A stretch of DNA of 64,000 bases from contig JBHGNT010000084.1 of NCBI GenBank assembly GCA_043228905.1, forward strand, positions 34,393 to 98,392, written 5' to 3'. A program made the position numbers and the translations under genes. This document shows positions 1-14,000 of the stretch, piece by piece; positions within the stretch are counted from its first letter, which is position 1, and the number at the start of each line of letters is the position of its first letter. This stretch comes from Azolla caroliniana. Lineage: Eukaryota; Plantae; Polypodiophyta. A model generated the notes under the pieces. It had not been told where the DNA came from, ran no database searches, and saw only the letters and a list, made by a program, of their open reading frames with translations.

Positions 1-2170
1 CTTTTTGTAGTTAGCAAATACAATCTTCCATTCTGTGCAAGCAATCGGTTAATGTCATGTTCTTTCTGACGAATCTATTCATTATGCTCTAGTTAAATTT
101 CGAACACATGGATTTTTAGGATCAATGTGAGAATTCCTAAAAATTAAAGAATGCAAGGGATTGAATAATGAACTTCTTTCTTTGTATACTAGAAAAATGA
201 TAATGGCAGCCTTTGGGAGGAAATGAAATAAAGCTATGTTTATATCTGCATGCAGTGATGTATCCAAATTAGACAATGGAAGCTATGACATGTTTGTATA
301 TAAACTTGACAAATAATTAAGAGCGTACAATATGTCGTAAATAGAAATATATGTATTTAGTAGGGATATCGGTGACTTAGGAATGCTGGAAACTACACAA
401 TGAATAAACAACAATGATATTTGTGATGAACTCAGAATTGCTGATGGTGAAGTTGGTATTAAAATAAATTTGCTTGTAAATCAGCTTTAACATTGGTCCT
501 TTTATGTGCAATAAAGCTCAAGACTTGTTTTATTTCTCGGTTGGCTAACATAGACATAAAGATGTGCATTCATGCACAAATATAGAAGCACCACTCACAT
601 ATGGACCTAACATAGCAAGGTGTGATTGGATGATAAGGCACACATATAGACAAACTGTGTGAGTGGATAGCAAAAACTCTTGAATCTGAACCTACAATGT
701 TGGTAGTGGATGTGGAAGTAGAGGTAGTGATAGTGCTCTACTTTCTGGTGGTGGTAATGCTACGTTATGCATATGAGCTCTAGATGCAGGTTGAGATTCC
801 AAAAGTGTTGTTCTAGCAGGCCTAGATGAAAGTTTCTCATGAATATATGCTTGGATGAATCTTATCATTTTGTTATTACATTTTGTTTGTTTGATCTTGC
901 AATTAAAAAAGCTCCATTTAGTTCTTTTGAATAACATAGCTCATGTTTATTTCTTTGATTCATAACCCATGTTGGATAGCACCTCATGTCCTCCCTTCCC
1001 ATCTCAAAATTGAGGTACTTACGGCTACCTATAAGTTGCCTTAACACCATTACATGGCTGAACACATTGCCCTTTCTCATGGGCAATTTCAAAGACCACT
1101 TTGGATCTATTATAGTCATTGTTTGTTTCTCTCAACCTTTGTTAATGGCCACGTAAAACCCAAAATCCTCCATCTTTCTCATGAACAGACTTCTGATCTA
1201 TATTGCTTCATGCCATGGTTGTCCAACATCAGACCATAGTTAATCCATTGAAAAAAATAACAGCATCATTGAAAAGTAGAATAACAAAAATCAATTGAAA
1301 TACTCACGAGTTTTTATTCATTTACAATGTGCTCACTCCATTTGCAATATTCATTAGTAATGTTTTTTTACCAAGTCCATACACATTATGTGAACAAAGT
1401 TCCACATTGTTCTGGCTAGCAGTTTTCTTCGACACATTTTTCTCCCATGAACTATGTGCATTGTCAATTCAACTTTCATTTGGAGAATTCTTCAATGAGT
1501 GTCATGTACATCTCCAAATACTTCCAACTTTGGAGACAAAAATAAAATCTTTGTACTCTTATCACTTTTGATGGTGCGAAATTTACTATCAAAAGTGTTC
1601 AAATTCATCTTGCACTTGAGCCCTATTTACATATTTCATGTGGTCTTCTCTGACTGTCACACATTTATAATTATGTCAAGGCACTGCATCAAATTGTTTC
1701 TCAGTGTCTTGTTTTTCAAGTTTTATTCTTAATTACACTAGAGAAAATATTTAATAATGTGAAAATAAGATGCTGGCAAAAACTTTACCGTACAATATTA
1801 TGCTGGCCAACTTCTAATACAAATACATAAACAAAATATCTGTGAACTATTTTTTGGCAGGTTTAATTAGCAAATTCAACCAAAACAATTAACTGTCTCC
1901 TCATGCTTGCAATGCAAAATAGTATATTTACCATATGCCTAAGAAACTGTTATTGAATTGTCTTTTCAATAAAATACAGATTCAAGCTATTAAGTTTAGT
2001 TTTCCATATTGTGATCAATATGGAGTCTAAACAAAAACTCCACAACAATATATTTTGAAGAAACTATATCTTCCTCCTAAAGATGTCATTTTCTTGGTTT
2101 GAACTATATCAGCTTCACACAAGTGCCATTGGAGATCTATTTCTTCTTGCACTGCTTTTATTTAGAGCAG

Positions 2171-2499
2171 AATTGCGAATTAATGTGATACACTTGCCAA
2201 AATATTGTTTACTTGTATACAATAAATTTTTTCTTCTTTTGATAACCAAGAGTATTGTAAAATCATGAACAAATACTACCAACAAGCATTTCATATTCAG
2301 GAAACTGGTTGCACATCACCCATAAAATCCTTCAAGCAAAATTGTGAATTAATGTGATACACTTGCCAAAATATTGGCCACTTGTATACAATAATTTTTT
2401 TCTTTGATAACCAAGAGTATTGTAAAATTATGAACAAATACTACCAACAAGCATTTCATATTGGGGAAACTGGTCGCACATCAACCATAACATCCTTCA
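2171..2499. repeat. Tandem duplication, about 168-bp unit x2
   Basis: AATTG(C/T)GAATTAATGTGATACACTTGCCAAAATATTG...ATCCTTCA occurs at 2171 and 2340. Confidence 0.9.
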
Positions 2500-3119
2500 G
2501 AATTCCAAAAATATGCTAGGAACCAAGTAATTTTTCAAGTAAATCATTCAAGCATAGCTTATCGATTGGTGGGAAATGGTGTCATGCAAATTTTCGGAGA
2601 CAATTTGCATGTGGAAAAAAGCATCTCCAGAAGGCGACAACACACAACCGTGCATCTCGCAAAGATCCATGAACAATGTGTCTACAAAGTCAATGCATCA
2701 AGACGAGTGTTGGTAATGCATGCAATATTTGTAATCCTACATCAAGCTATGATATATTGAAGCATTATCAACACTCCAGATGATACATATTCTAGCCTAA
2801 GAGAGTTTCTTTTGTTAAATGTTTTGGGGTTTACGCTGTGGTGTTAAGAATTAACAGGTCATGTTTTGGGGTTAGGACTAAGAGTGGCCTGAGGTTCAGG
2901 TTAATGTTAGGCTATGTTCAGATTGGATTTAGTAGGTTTAAGGCAAGTAGGAGATCGTTTGGATACCATCCGAAGCTCAATCAGTACCTTTCAATGCATC
3001 TACATCTCCAGAATTTACCCCTTTACTTGCTTCTTTTCTATCTGTTAAACATGACAATACATTCCAGTTTTCAAATAGTTAACGCTCCACTTCAGGTTTC
3101 AATTCAATCTTTTCAAAAA

Positions 3120-5465
3120 CTAGTACTTTGGGTTTTCAATGTTACCTCTTGAAGGTGAAGAAGAGGTCAATGGTGGGCTACCTCGAGGGCTCTCCTCCTC
3201 CCATCCCTCAGTCATGAGATTAAGACCACCTGAATTCTTATTACTTGATCTCGGAGTGCTTGACTGAAGAACTTCAGCCAAAGGGCCACCAACTGGTGTT
3301 TCCCAGGCAATCGGAATCCAATTAGCTTGATTTTGTTGGCCGACATGATGATCATGGTGATGGTTATGATTCCTATGATCTTCATGTATTCCTAGTCCCA
3401 TCCCAACCCCAAGCTCTACACCTAGAGGAATCTCATCCTCCCCTCCTCTTGACATCGATAACTTCAAAGGAGACAGTTTTAGCTTCGATCCCGGATCATT
3501 AGGTGACCCTGAAGTTGTGTTATTGAAATCTGAGGAGTTTCCTGATATAGGTATTGAAATTGAAAGTTGTGTAGTGGAAGAATTCCGATGATGATGCGGC
3601 TTTTCATCCTCAACATCCGACCATGAGAGAGTGGATGCATCCTTTGATCTTGGCCAATCATCAAAGAAGTGTCGCAGAGGTTGGCTCTCTTGTGATTGAT
3701 CTCTTGTAACTGCCTCTGTAACTGAACCATAACCACCGCCGAGGAAGTTAGAGTATTGATGGTGTTGCTGTCCGCTTGGTTCTGTTGGCATCAGGTTAAA
3801 ATCGCTTCCGAGTAATGTTCTCAATTGAGGAGAGGTATATTGCATCATAGCCGAAGGGCTACTTTCCTTCATCGATTGTTGTGATATTGTCGCGGTTGGG
3901 CTTGGAGAAGGAGCTCTAGATTGTTGCATTGATGCATGAGATCGCCACGAGTTCATATTGTTATTAATAGATGAGATTATATTTAAACCTCCACTTTGTT
4001 GTTGGTTCATTGATTGAAAATCTTGGCTCATGTTTGTTGCTCTTGTGCTACCTGAAGCTTCAGCGAAAAGTTGCATTTGCTCTGCACCTAGATCAAGATC
4101 ACTTCTACCAGCAATTCCACTCATATATCTGTCCACAAAAAAACAATGAATAGCAAATATGGTAACTTTTCAGGCTGCATAAACCTTAGACTAGTTTCCT
4201 CCATTCACATAATCCTGTTCATTTAGATCCTTCATTGTAAACCTGAACACCATCCTTAATCATTCGAAAGAAACCACCCTTTAGCCTATCCCCTAACCCG
4301 TTAATTGTGAGCCTTTCAACCCTCAGTCTAAATCCTTAACAATATATCGTTCATTGTTAAAAACAAAAACACCATCCTAAATATGAACAACTGTAAACCC
4401 TTCATTCATCCACCATTGAAAACCCTAAACAACCCAAATGCTGACTCTTAAACCCTAAAAAATCCTAAATCCTGAAACCTTGAACAGCCCCAAATCCTTC
4501 GTCATAAACCCTATGCAGTCCTAAACCCTTTGTCAAGAAACCTTAAACCACCCAAACTCCTCTATTATAATATGCAAAATCCCTTATTGTATAAACCCAA
4601 AACCTTAAAGCGGAATCGTTGCACGGGAAAGACCTTAACTCTAAAAAAACTGCAAATCAAAAGCTCTTTGCGAAGATGGAGATAGACTTACCGGAGCGAA
4701 TCTTTGCCGGCAGAAGAGGTGTGGGGCTGCTGCAAGGTGTGCATGTAGTGCTGGGATGCAGTGACAGAGGATCCAACAGAGGCACCCGAGGCCTCGCTGG
4801 GGGATGCAGAGTTGTAAGGCCTGATACCATGATTAGTAGAGCTACTACTATGTTGATGATGGCTGTTTTGCTGCTGCTGGAGCTGTAGCTGCAATTGCTG
4901 CTGTTGAAATAACTGCTGTTGGTTTGATAGATGTGATGATGGCTGCTGCTGCAGGTTTTGTGGGTGTAACTGTAACTGCTGTTGGTTCTGTTGTGGTCTT
5001 TGTTGCAGTTGTTGGGCATTGTGGGGGGGTGCATTGGAAGGTAGGCCAGCAGAACCTAGGGGTGACCGCGTACCCGAGGACACTGCCGTGCCCGTCGATG
5101 ACATAGACGAAACATTGTTATTATTGGAATTGGTCACTACGCTAGAGAGACCCGCGGGGCACGATGAAGATGTAGTAGTAGATGTAGACACTGCCTGTTG
5201 TTGTTGTTGTTGTTGTTGTTGGCTCTGTTGGGCCATGGCCGCCTCAGAGGCATTGTTGAGCTTTCCACGTGCACGATGCCTCCCTCTGTGAATGTGCCGC
5301 TCGCAGTACTTCTGGTCGGGCACCACATCCCTCGAGCATCGCCACTTCTTTCCGTCCGTCCGCCTGCATCTTCCTGGCTCCGGGTCGGCATTAACTCCAA
5401 ACCCCAGCCTATACCCACCCCATGGCACTACAATATCATCATAAGTTGTTGTGTCAATAGCCACT

Positions 5466-5521
<56 letters not shown>

Positions 5522-7759
5522 AAAAGGGTTAGATTCTCTAGGGTTTGGCCTTTTTCCTACTACATTATAGCAAGTGGGGCTAGTCCATGGCCTCAGAGGT
5601 GGGCAATGAACCAAATATGAGCACTTTCACATTTGAAAATAGACACGTCCTATCAATTATTTTAACATTCATCCCTCTCGATCATAGGCACTTGTTTGGG
5701 AAGACAATCATCCCTCTCGATAGGCCCTTAGTCCTCTCTAATAAATAAATTAACTGAATTTAGATTAGGTCCTGCAAATTATTTTGATAGAGAAGGTTTA
5801 AATATAAGAATGTATACATTTCCAATGGAGCATTTACCACTTTGTCAACAGCCAAGAGTCTATGCATGGGCTAAGACATCACACTTATGATTCATGGAAA
5901 TAACAACGTATTTTTTTGGAACTCAATTGGCCTACCTCTAACACAAAGCCAACATGCAACAAAGTTCAAAACTATGCATAGATTGCTACATTGCAATCTT
6001 CAAAACATAGGCTTCCTTGATGATCTTTTCTTTTTACTTAAAAGAAAAGCATTGCCATTAGGAGATTGGGAATTAATTCCCAATGCAATCATTTGGAAAC
6101 GTGACATAATTAGTTGCTTCAATGTTTTAAACAACTAGATCTATTAAAAAAGGCACTTGTGTCGTATGAAAGAGATTTTGTCTTGAATCAATAAATGTCA
6201 TAAAATGTTGGCATTGGATATATCCGGACAATATTGAAAATTCTAGAAAGAGCTCAGGGATGAATGTGATGATGCATCTAAACCATGCACAATACTTTGG
6301 AATAATAAACAAAATAGAACCCATGACATAGCAAAATGTCAAGTCTCTTTGTATGTTTTTACATTTACCTTATTGGGAGAGCAACAGAAGTAGTTTTGAC
6401 CTCGAATTTCGAGGACAACTAATCTTATTCAATATAATTCTTGGTCGAAATTCACGACCTCGTATGCTTGATACACAGTCTAGTAAATTCCTACCGACTC
6501 GACTCGTAGTCTTTCACGAAAATTCATTATTTTCTATTTCCAATCGGCTCAATGAGTAGAGAGCATTTATCCACACATGAGGATCTATCGGAAAACACGC
6601 ACGCCATGTGATTAGGAGAGAAACACACATGCCCTGGACAAAAACACGAGGAAGATCTACGGAAATAATAAGAGTTTTAAATGAAACCAAGTGTGCGGAG
6701 GAAAAGAAGAGGAATCTCAAGTGGTTGGCCTCAAACTATGTATGGAAGGAAGAGTCTATCTATCATTTCCAACAAACTGAAAAGTGACCCACTAAAACTT
6801 GTGCCAAATACATATGTATATACATACACACACACATGTAGAGAGAGAGAGAGAGAGAGGATCATGTGATATGACAAGCAAGCCCCTTACAAAAATCAGA
6901 CATTAGAAAAGGCATTGTGATGGGATTGTATATTTACACTATATGGTGGAATTTTCAAGGTCTACAAAAGCCATTGGATTCAGGGGATGGGTGATATGAG
7001 AGAGAGAGAGAGCAGAGCAGAGTGGGTGAAATGTGTGTTGGAATCATGGAAAAGAATGGAGCAAAAGAAGATACATAAAAAGATTAGGGTTTAGGGTGCT
7101 TACGATTGGCAAGATGATGGTGATGGGGATGGTGAAGCAGATGGTGAGGTGATGAAGCAGCAGCTGACAAGAGTCCTGCTGCTGCCCCTACTCCTGCTGC
7201 AGAACCTGGTCTGATGATGAGAGGGTGGACAAGCTCCAAGGGCACATTCACACCATTCATGATGTATTTCAGCACAAGTGCCTGGTGCTGCAGCTCCCGG
7301 AGCTGGGCAGGTGTGAACACAACCATGCCCACTGGCTGCTGCTGCTGGAGGAGGCCCATAGGAACCAACCCTAAAAAAACAAAACCAAAAAACACAAAAG
7401 TAATTGTAGTAGTAGTAGAATTAGCAGATGTCCATCAAATTCAATCAAAATCAATCAGATCATTCATCATTCATCCATCATCCATCATTCATCATCCGTC
7501 ATTCATCATTCATCATTCATCATTCATCATCACAGAGGCTTGGTTTCTAGCTAATCAATCCAACCGTTAATTCCTACTACTTGCTACTATTATCTTTCCC
7601 AGCTTCATCTCACACACACACAGCCTTCCTGCTTATATCATTTCCTTTCACATTTTATTGAATTCATGGTTGCTTGCTTTCTTTCAACATCACATACTAC
7701 TTACTCCTACTAGTACCCACTGACAGGGAAGCCTCTTCTTTGACTTGTTTTTCTCGTTT

Positions 7760-7797
<38 letters not shown>

Positions 7798-9338
7798 TTT
7801 GCTTTTTGCTTCTTGTCTTCTCGCTTAAATATCTTTCAATGTAGGTAGGGAGTGTGTGTACTTTCTTTGCTCGTTTTCCTCTTCACTTTCTGTGCTTTTC
7901 TAGAAGCTTTTTTTGAGTTTTTGCTTTTTCCGCAATTGTGGGTGCCAAACCAGAAACGCAAAAGTGGACGTAATGGAAAAAGCAAAACGCATAGTTGCAG
8001 AGAAGAAGCAGAAGAAGAAGAAGAAGAAGAAGAACGCGTTTGTTTATAGTGACAGAAATCATGCTCAAAAAAGCCACGAAAGCAAAAAAAAACAGAGGAG
8101 AAGAACGCGCTTCTTGTAGTGACAGAAATCATGCTCAAAAAAGCACGAAAGCAAGACAGCGGTCCTCTATACGTAAACGATACTCTTTCCACTCTGATTT
8201 TCCTGTCCAACATTCTCTCACATCTCCATCTCTGTGTCTGTCTGTCTGTCTCTCTCTCTCTCTAGCTCTTCTCGACACAGAAGAATACGAGGAACAGAGC
8301 AAAAAATTCCATGCAATACGTTGCTGTCGCGAACTTTACGAAAAGAAAAAGAACTTTTAAATCAAAATCCTTCATGAGCCGTGGCATTATTCATCTGCGG
8401 ATTGATCGGCAGGCCGCATTGTGTCAATTTCCCACAGACTTGCCCATGAATGCTTTTAGAGGGAAACACGATATTAATCCATGGATTAATCAGTCGAAGG
8501 AACAATATATCTAATCAATGATTTACTACACACATATATGCATATATTATGTACATACATACATTCATTCATATATACATATACCTGAATTTTGGAGAGA
8601 AGCGTATGGATTGCTGAGCAGAGGGGAATGATATAGACTGGAGCGAGCTGCAGCCATTGCATCGTAAACAGACGCCATGGAATTGCTATTACTGTCCTCG
8701 CCTGTACGGCTGGAGGCGGCGGTACGGAGGCCATAATAAAGATCAGTACTGCCGGCCATCATGGCTGAGAAATCCGTAGAAGCAGTAGGGTAATGTCCGG
8801 CGGATTGATCGTGGCCAGCAGAAGCCAAGCCGAGAGTGGAGTTGCTGCGCACCAGAGAGGAGGACGACGACGACGACGAGCCGCCTAGGAAGCCGCCTAA
8901 ACCTGCAAACCCTGTGGAGGCGGCGCCCGAGCTCTGCAGCTGCGCCAGGCGGTTCAGCTCGTGATGGTAGAGCTGATGATACTGCTGTTGATCGGCGGCC
9001 TCCGCCATGCCTCCCAATCCGCGGCTGGACCTCTCCGCTGCTTCCACCTCCATTCGATCGGAGGCAGAGGAGGAGCTCGACTTTCTGCTGCATTGCTCTG
9101 CATTCTGCTGTTGCTGTTGCTGCCCTATGGCTATGGCTATGGTGCCTGCACCTGGGTTTTGCGCCGCCGCCTGCAGTAAATTCAACTGCTGCTGCTGCTG
9201 CAAGGTGTGGTTAGGACTGCTACTACCGCCATCTTCATTGACACGATGATGGCTACTGCTGCTGTTACTGTTACCATTATGATTATTAGCAGTATATTGT
9301 GTTGATGCAGCAGAGAACATATTCCTGGGGCCCTCCAT
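3120..9338 (-). CDS. GRF: Growth-regulating factor (QLQ + WRC transcription factor), about 921 aa, 4 exons: 8585-9338, 7104-7370, 4692-5427, 3120-4128
   Basis: QLQ domain ([29 protein letters not shown]) in exon 2. WRC domain ([36 protein letters not shown]) in exon 3. C-terminal FFD (LRHFFDDWP), TQL ([10 protein letters not shown]) and GGPL (GGPLAEVL) motifs in exon 4. GT-AG borders join in frame (phases 1,1,2). The extreme 3' end could use an extra intron (GTAAC near 3145). Confidence 0.93.
8028..8155. repeat. Tandem duplication, about 70-bp unit x2, in GRF intron 1
   Basis: GAAGAACGCG...TAGTGACAGAAATCATGCTCAAAAAAGC..CGAAAGCAA occurs twice. Confidence 0.85.
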
Positions 9339-9899
9339 TTTACTCTGTCTTTATCGTATATATGCTCTTTACTTTAATGGCAGATTTTAGGATAAATTAC
9401 CATTAGTTATAGCTAGAAACAATACTTAATTTAAGACCAGAAGCAGGTCGACATGAGGTTATGTGTCTTCAAGCAAATTCTAATAATAACCGTAATAGAG
9501 TAGTATGCAGGCGAGTTAATCATGCAAATTAATGAATTAACTAATTAATTAGCGGTAGGGACACCACCATTATTGCTATTATGAGCAGCAGCTGGAGAAG
9601 CATAAACATATATGCCACCGTCTACAGTACTGTAATTAATTGCGTAGTTTAATTAATTGTGTTTGTGTTGTATGGTTTGAGCCAATTCATTGATTTAGGA
9701 AAATGGCTCCATCTGTTTTAGGAATAAGAACAAGAATGGATAAGCTGCAGCAGTCCGAGATTTGGTTTGGTTTACTAAACGAGAAAAAAGCTGAGCTGCA
9801 GAAGAAGAAGAAGAAGCCGCAGCATCATCAGTAGCAGGAGCAAGCGTTGTTCATGTGGTTAAGGGCCAGAAGGCCCCCTCTGTAATGGCAGCATGATCA

Positions 9900-10355
9900 G
9901 AGATCATTCTATTGATTAGTATATAAAGCTCTCATAGCTCTCTCTCTGTCTCTCTCTCTCTCTCTCTCAGAGCTCACAGCTCTCTCTGTCTCTCTGGGTG
10001 TGTCTGAATGTCTGTCTGTCTCACGCAGACAAAACACACTATATTGAATTGGTAATCAGAAGAAAAGAAAGAAGATGAAGCGAATTATGTGAGAAGGTAC
10101 AGCGGGCAATGGCAGAGAAGAAGAAGAAAGACAGGAAGAACACAGACACAGAGAGAGAGAGAGATAGGTAATGGGTAACAACAGAGCATGAGTGTGAGAG
10201 AGAGAGAGAGAGAGTGAGAGATGAGAAAGCTGCAATGCTGATATTTCTCAGTTGTGTGCAGAGAGAGTTGCAGAGAGAGAGAGAGAGAGAGAAAGAGAGG
10301 GAATGAAGATGAGAGGGAAGGGGAGGGGCCCTCTGTGTTATATACATACATATAC

Positions 10356-10388
<33 letters not shown>

Positions 10389-10733
10389 TGTATGTATGCA
10401 TAGATAGGTATAGATAGGTATAGATAGATAGACATATGTAGATAGATAGTTATACGGTATACTTATACTCATGGTTATGTATGTATGTATGTCTTTTAGA
10501 GAGATTTGGGTCTGTGTGTGAGTGAGTGTGTGTGTGTGTGTGTGTAAGGTCAGACTCAGAATAATATACATAATGAATGAAGGTGTGGAACTTCAGTGTA
10601 TGTGTATGTATGCATATGCATATGTATATGAAGGAAGACAGCGAAATAGAAGCAGAGAGACAGAAGCGGACAGACAGAGAGAGTCAGAGAGAGAGTCAGA
10701 GAGAGAGTCAGAGAGAGAGAGAGAGATAGAGGC

Positions 10734-10779
<46 letters not shown>

Positions 10780-11010
10780 TACTAGTGAAAGAAAAACCAC
10801 GTACTATTGAAGACATAGACTGACACAGACAGACAAACACATAGAGAGAGAGAGAGAGAGAGATACTGTGTGTGTATACACACGCTTGTGTGTGTGTGTG
10901 TGTGTGTTCTTCCTTTGAATCCAATGGGGCCATGGCCCTCTCCCAATGAAGAATCCTTCCTATCTCTCTCTCAACGTTGGCATACATAAGGTCTTACCCC
11001 CCCCCCCCAC
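9900..11010 (-). promoter_or_regulatory. Microsatellite-dense putative GRF promoter / 5' leader
   Basis: (GA)n/(CT)n, (TATG)n and (TG)n tracts. A TATATAA on minus near 10338-10344 is followed by a CT-rich tract typical of plant 5' UTRs. Confidence 0.5.
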
Positions 11011-14000
11011 CGTAGCTTCAAAAGAATCACATTAACGCCAACTCTTGATGCATCACAACATGAATGATGAGAATTGGTGGGTAATTCGTATGTCGATAGT
11101 CCGTCCACCTTATAAACGTAGCCTTCGTAAGTTCCAACACCTGCGAGATGAAAAAAGATTAGAGAAGGATTTGATTGACTCCCCCAATCTTCGAAAATTT
11201 CCTCTTATGAGGTTCAAGAAACTAATGACGAGGATACAACCATCCCCCTCGAGAATGGATGCTCTTTGCATAGAACCGAACTAACGGAAGATCGATTTAA
11301 GGCTAAAGAACACATTACAAATTTTACTTGGATATTCCATTTCAGATTTTACAATTCTATTTTCATTATACCGTTTTGATTCATTTCATGCCTCTATGTG
11401 GAAGGGGGCAGTTGAATGTCTTGGCACCTTAATAATTAAGAGGGAATTTCTCTTGTACATAACCCTTTTTAAAGCCACGTCCCCATTTTGTCGGTCAATC
11501 TTATATGGAGATATATGTACAAAGATGAGGAAGTGCACCTTCATGTCCCACCTCTTCGAACTATCCTCATTCACTTGTGCATGTGTTGAGCTATAGTCAA
11601 GTCTTAGCATACACATGTATAAGTTGAACTACAATGTGGGCCCATCCTGTAAATGACTATTCGTCTTTTTCCTTCCTCCCCCTTTGGCTTGCCATAAACT
11701 TGTGATGTGAAGAACACATATGCCTACTTTCCTATGTCTCAATCAATTCTCTTTTACTTCAATGCATATTGAATCTATTTATGCTCTCACCTGATTATCT
11801 TCTCAGTAGACTTTGTTTTGTGCCCTCTTATGGACATTAAAATGGACCTTTTGGGGGAAGTCGTTTTAGTATCTTTGTACATGGAATCAACATTTTTTGT
11901 AAGGAGAAGCCCCATTTTCTAAATGAAAGTATATATGACTAGCTAGGGATTGGTTGTGTATTGGCTATCCTAGCTTGTTGATGGTATCAATTCCATACAT
12001 ATTATAAAATTCCAGCATTGAGTAACACGTCAAAATAAATCAACACAATTTTGACAAATGCATTTATAGTTAACGAACAATCAACAAGAAAGAGGATAAT
12101 AATATTAGAAAGGAAAAGGTATGTCTAGTGCATTTATAAGTATAATTTACTTTAATCATAAGAATTAAGTTAGTGGAATAGAATACTTGTAATATGTATC
12201 TTATGGCAATGTTTGTGATATAGGTTTATGTCATTGTAATCTGCCCCATTTCTATGCATCTAAATTTGTCAAAAAATCAACTACATTGTTGTGACAAACG
12301 TATATTCATGTCAAACCTCTTGATTCACCACTAGTTGTGGGGCTATAAATATTTTAGGCCATCCTCTTGCAGTTGGAAAGCCATGTTCTATTGTTAAGAT
12401 TTTGTTCCAAATGTCCACATCATGAAGGTGCCAAACCCTCTCCAACTCTACTGTAATCTCTACATTTGTCTTAAATTGCTTTGTAGGTTTTGTAGTGTTT
12501 ATTTCTTTATGATTCGTTAAGACGAGCATGAATTTATTCCACACTATGCATATTGCCATACTATATGACTCCCCATAAATTCTCCACATATTGGATGCTA
12601 AATCCAAGGCTTCTCTACCAACTTGTTGAATATCTTCTCACAATAAATGCAAATGATTCTCCATGTTATTTTTCATAACGAGTGAAGATGCCAAAGTTAA
12701 GAAAAATGAAGACAGCCTACATACACCTTTCTTGTTATGCCTCACTATGAATTTGTTGTGCCTTCGACAGGATGTACCTTGTTGGCCTTTCCTTTTGGAT
12801 TTTCTACTTGGGATGTCATTAGAAAAAGAAACAACCATGGTAAATCTTCCTTTTGGACAACAACAATTACGTTTATCACTATGAGGAAATACTCGAGTCT
12901 GATTACGTACATTGAAGTGTTGCCCAATGCCAGCAAATACAAGCAATTATGTCTTTTGCCATGAGACAAGACTTCTAGTTTGTCTGAAGCATGGAATAAG
13001 AGAGAACCACAATAAATATCAACAACAAACAGACGCAATGATGACTTTTGCCATGAAGAAAGACTTCATTGAGTCATTTATATGGAGTTCACTTTAACCA
13101 TTCTTGAGAGTAGAGTCGGCACATGGATCCTTTCTAATTGTAAAACTCACTCATGACATGTTGTGAATGTAAATTCGTGCAATGTTCTAGATTCAAGTTT
13201 GGAAACACATAAGTAATTCAAATTTTAATGACAAATTTATTACGATTTATAAGCAAGTCAAAAGCAACTCATAAAGCATTTATTTTTAAATATATATTAT
13301 GAACGTACAAATTATCGTAGAGAAGTCCTTGAGTATCACCATCACCTATAAAATTGAGAGTTAGGGGCATGCATGCGAGCATCACCTTAGGGGCATAGAT
13401 GGATCGCAGGGGAGGATCTGAATTCCTAATGGACAAGTGACTTGAAGCATCTATGTTAATTATGCCTAATGGGAAGTTAATTATGTTTCATGGAGAACAT
13501 AAACTATTAAATTTCCATGATAGACTTCACTATAATTGAATTACATCAAACAACCTTAAACCTAGGTTGTGACGTTTTCCCTAAGGCATTTTTCTTGTAT
13601 TGGAAAATTCCATATATATGTCGATTCAACACGCTCTATCCCTTTCCAAGAAATTGTTTTGCATATGTGCTGGTTGCTTTCATATGTCCCTATATATTTG
13701 ATTAATTCATTTTAAAAGACTTCGATCTTCAAATGGAAAGGATTTTGATGCCCAATTTATAACATCTAGCTAGCAATAAGCACCCCGTTTTTAAACATCT
13801 CAATGGTCTTTCCTTGATAATGGACCTTTTTTTTCTTTCTTTTTTCTGGAAAGAAGCTACATTATTACTAAGAAAACGCCATGAGGTTGTACAAGAAATT
13901 ACTTTACACACCTGTTACATGTTAACAATAGCTTTTTCTATCCATAAAATTGAAGCATAAGCCTTCTTTCCAACTGTTGCTCTAAAATATAAGTGCAAAT

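Noticed and set aside
7836-8360. Several overlapping ORFs of 64-125 aa
   Set aside because: Products of (GAA)n/(CT)n low-complexity sequence within GRF intron 1; no recognisable domain.
10039-10987. ORFs rich in HT/SL/YI repeats
   Set aside because: Microsatellite translations.
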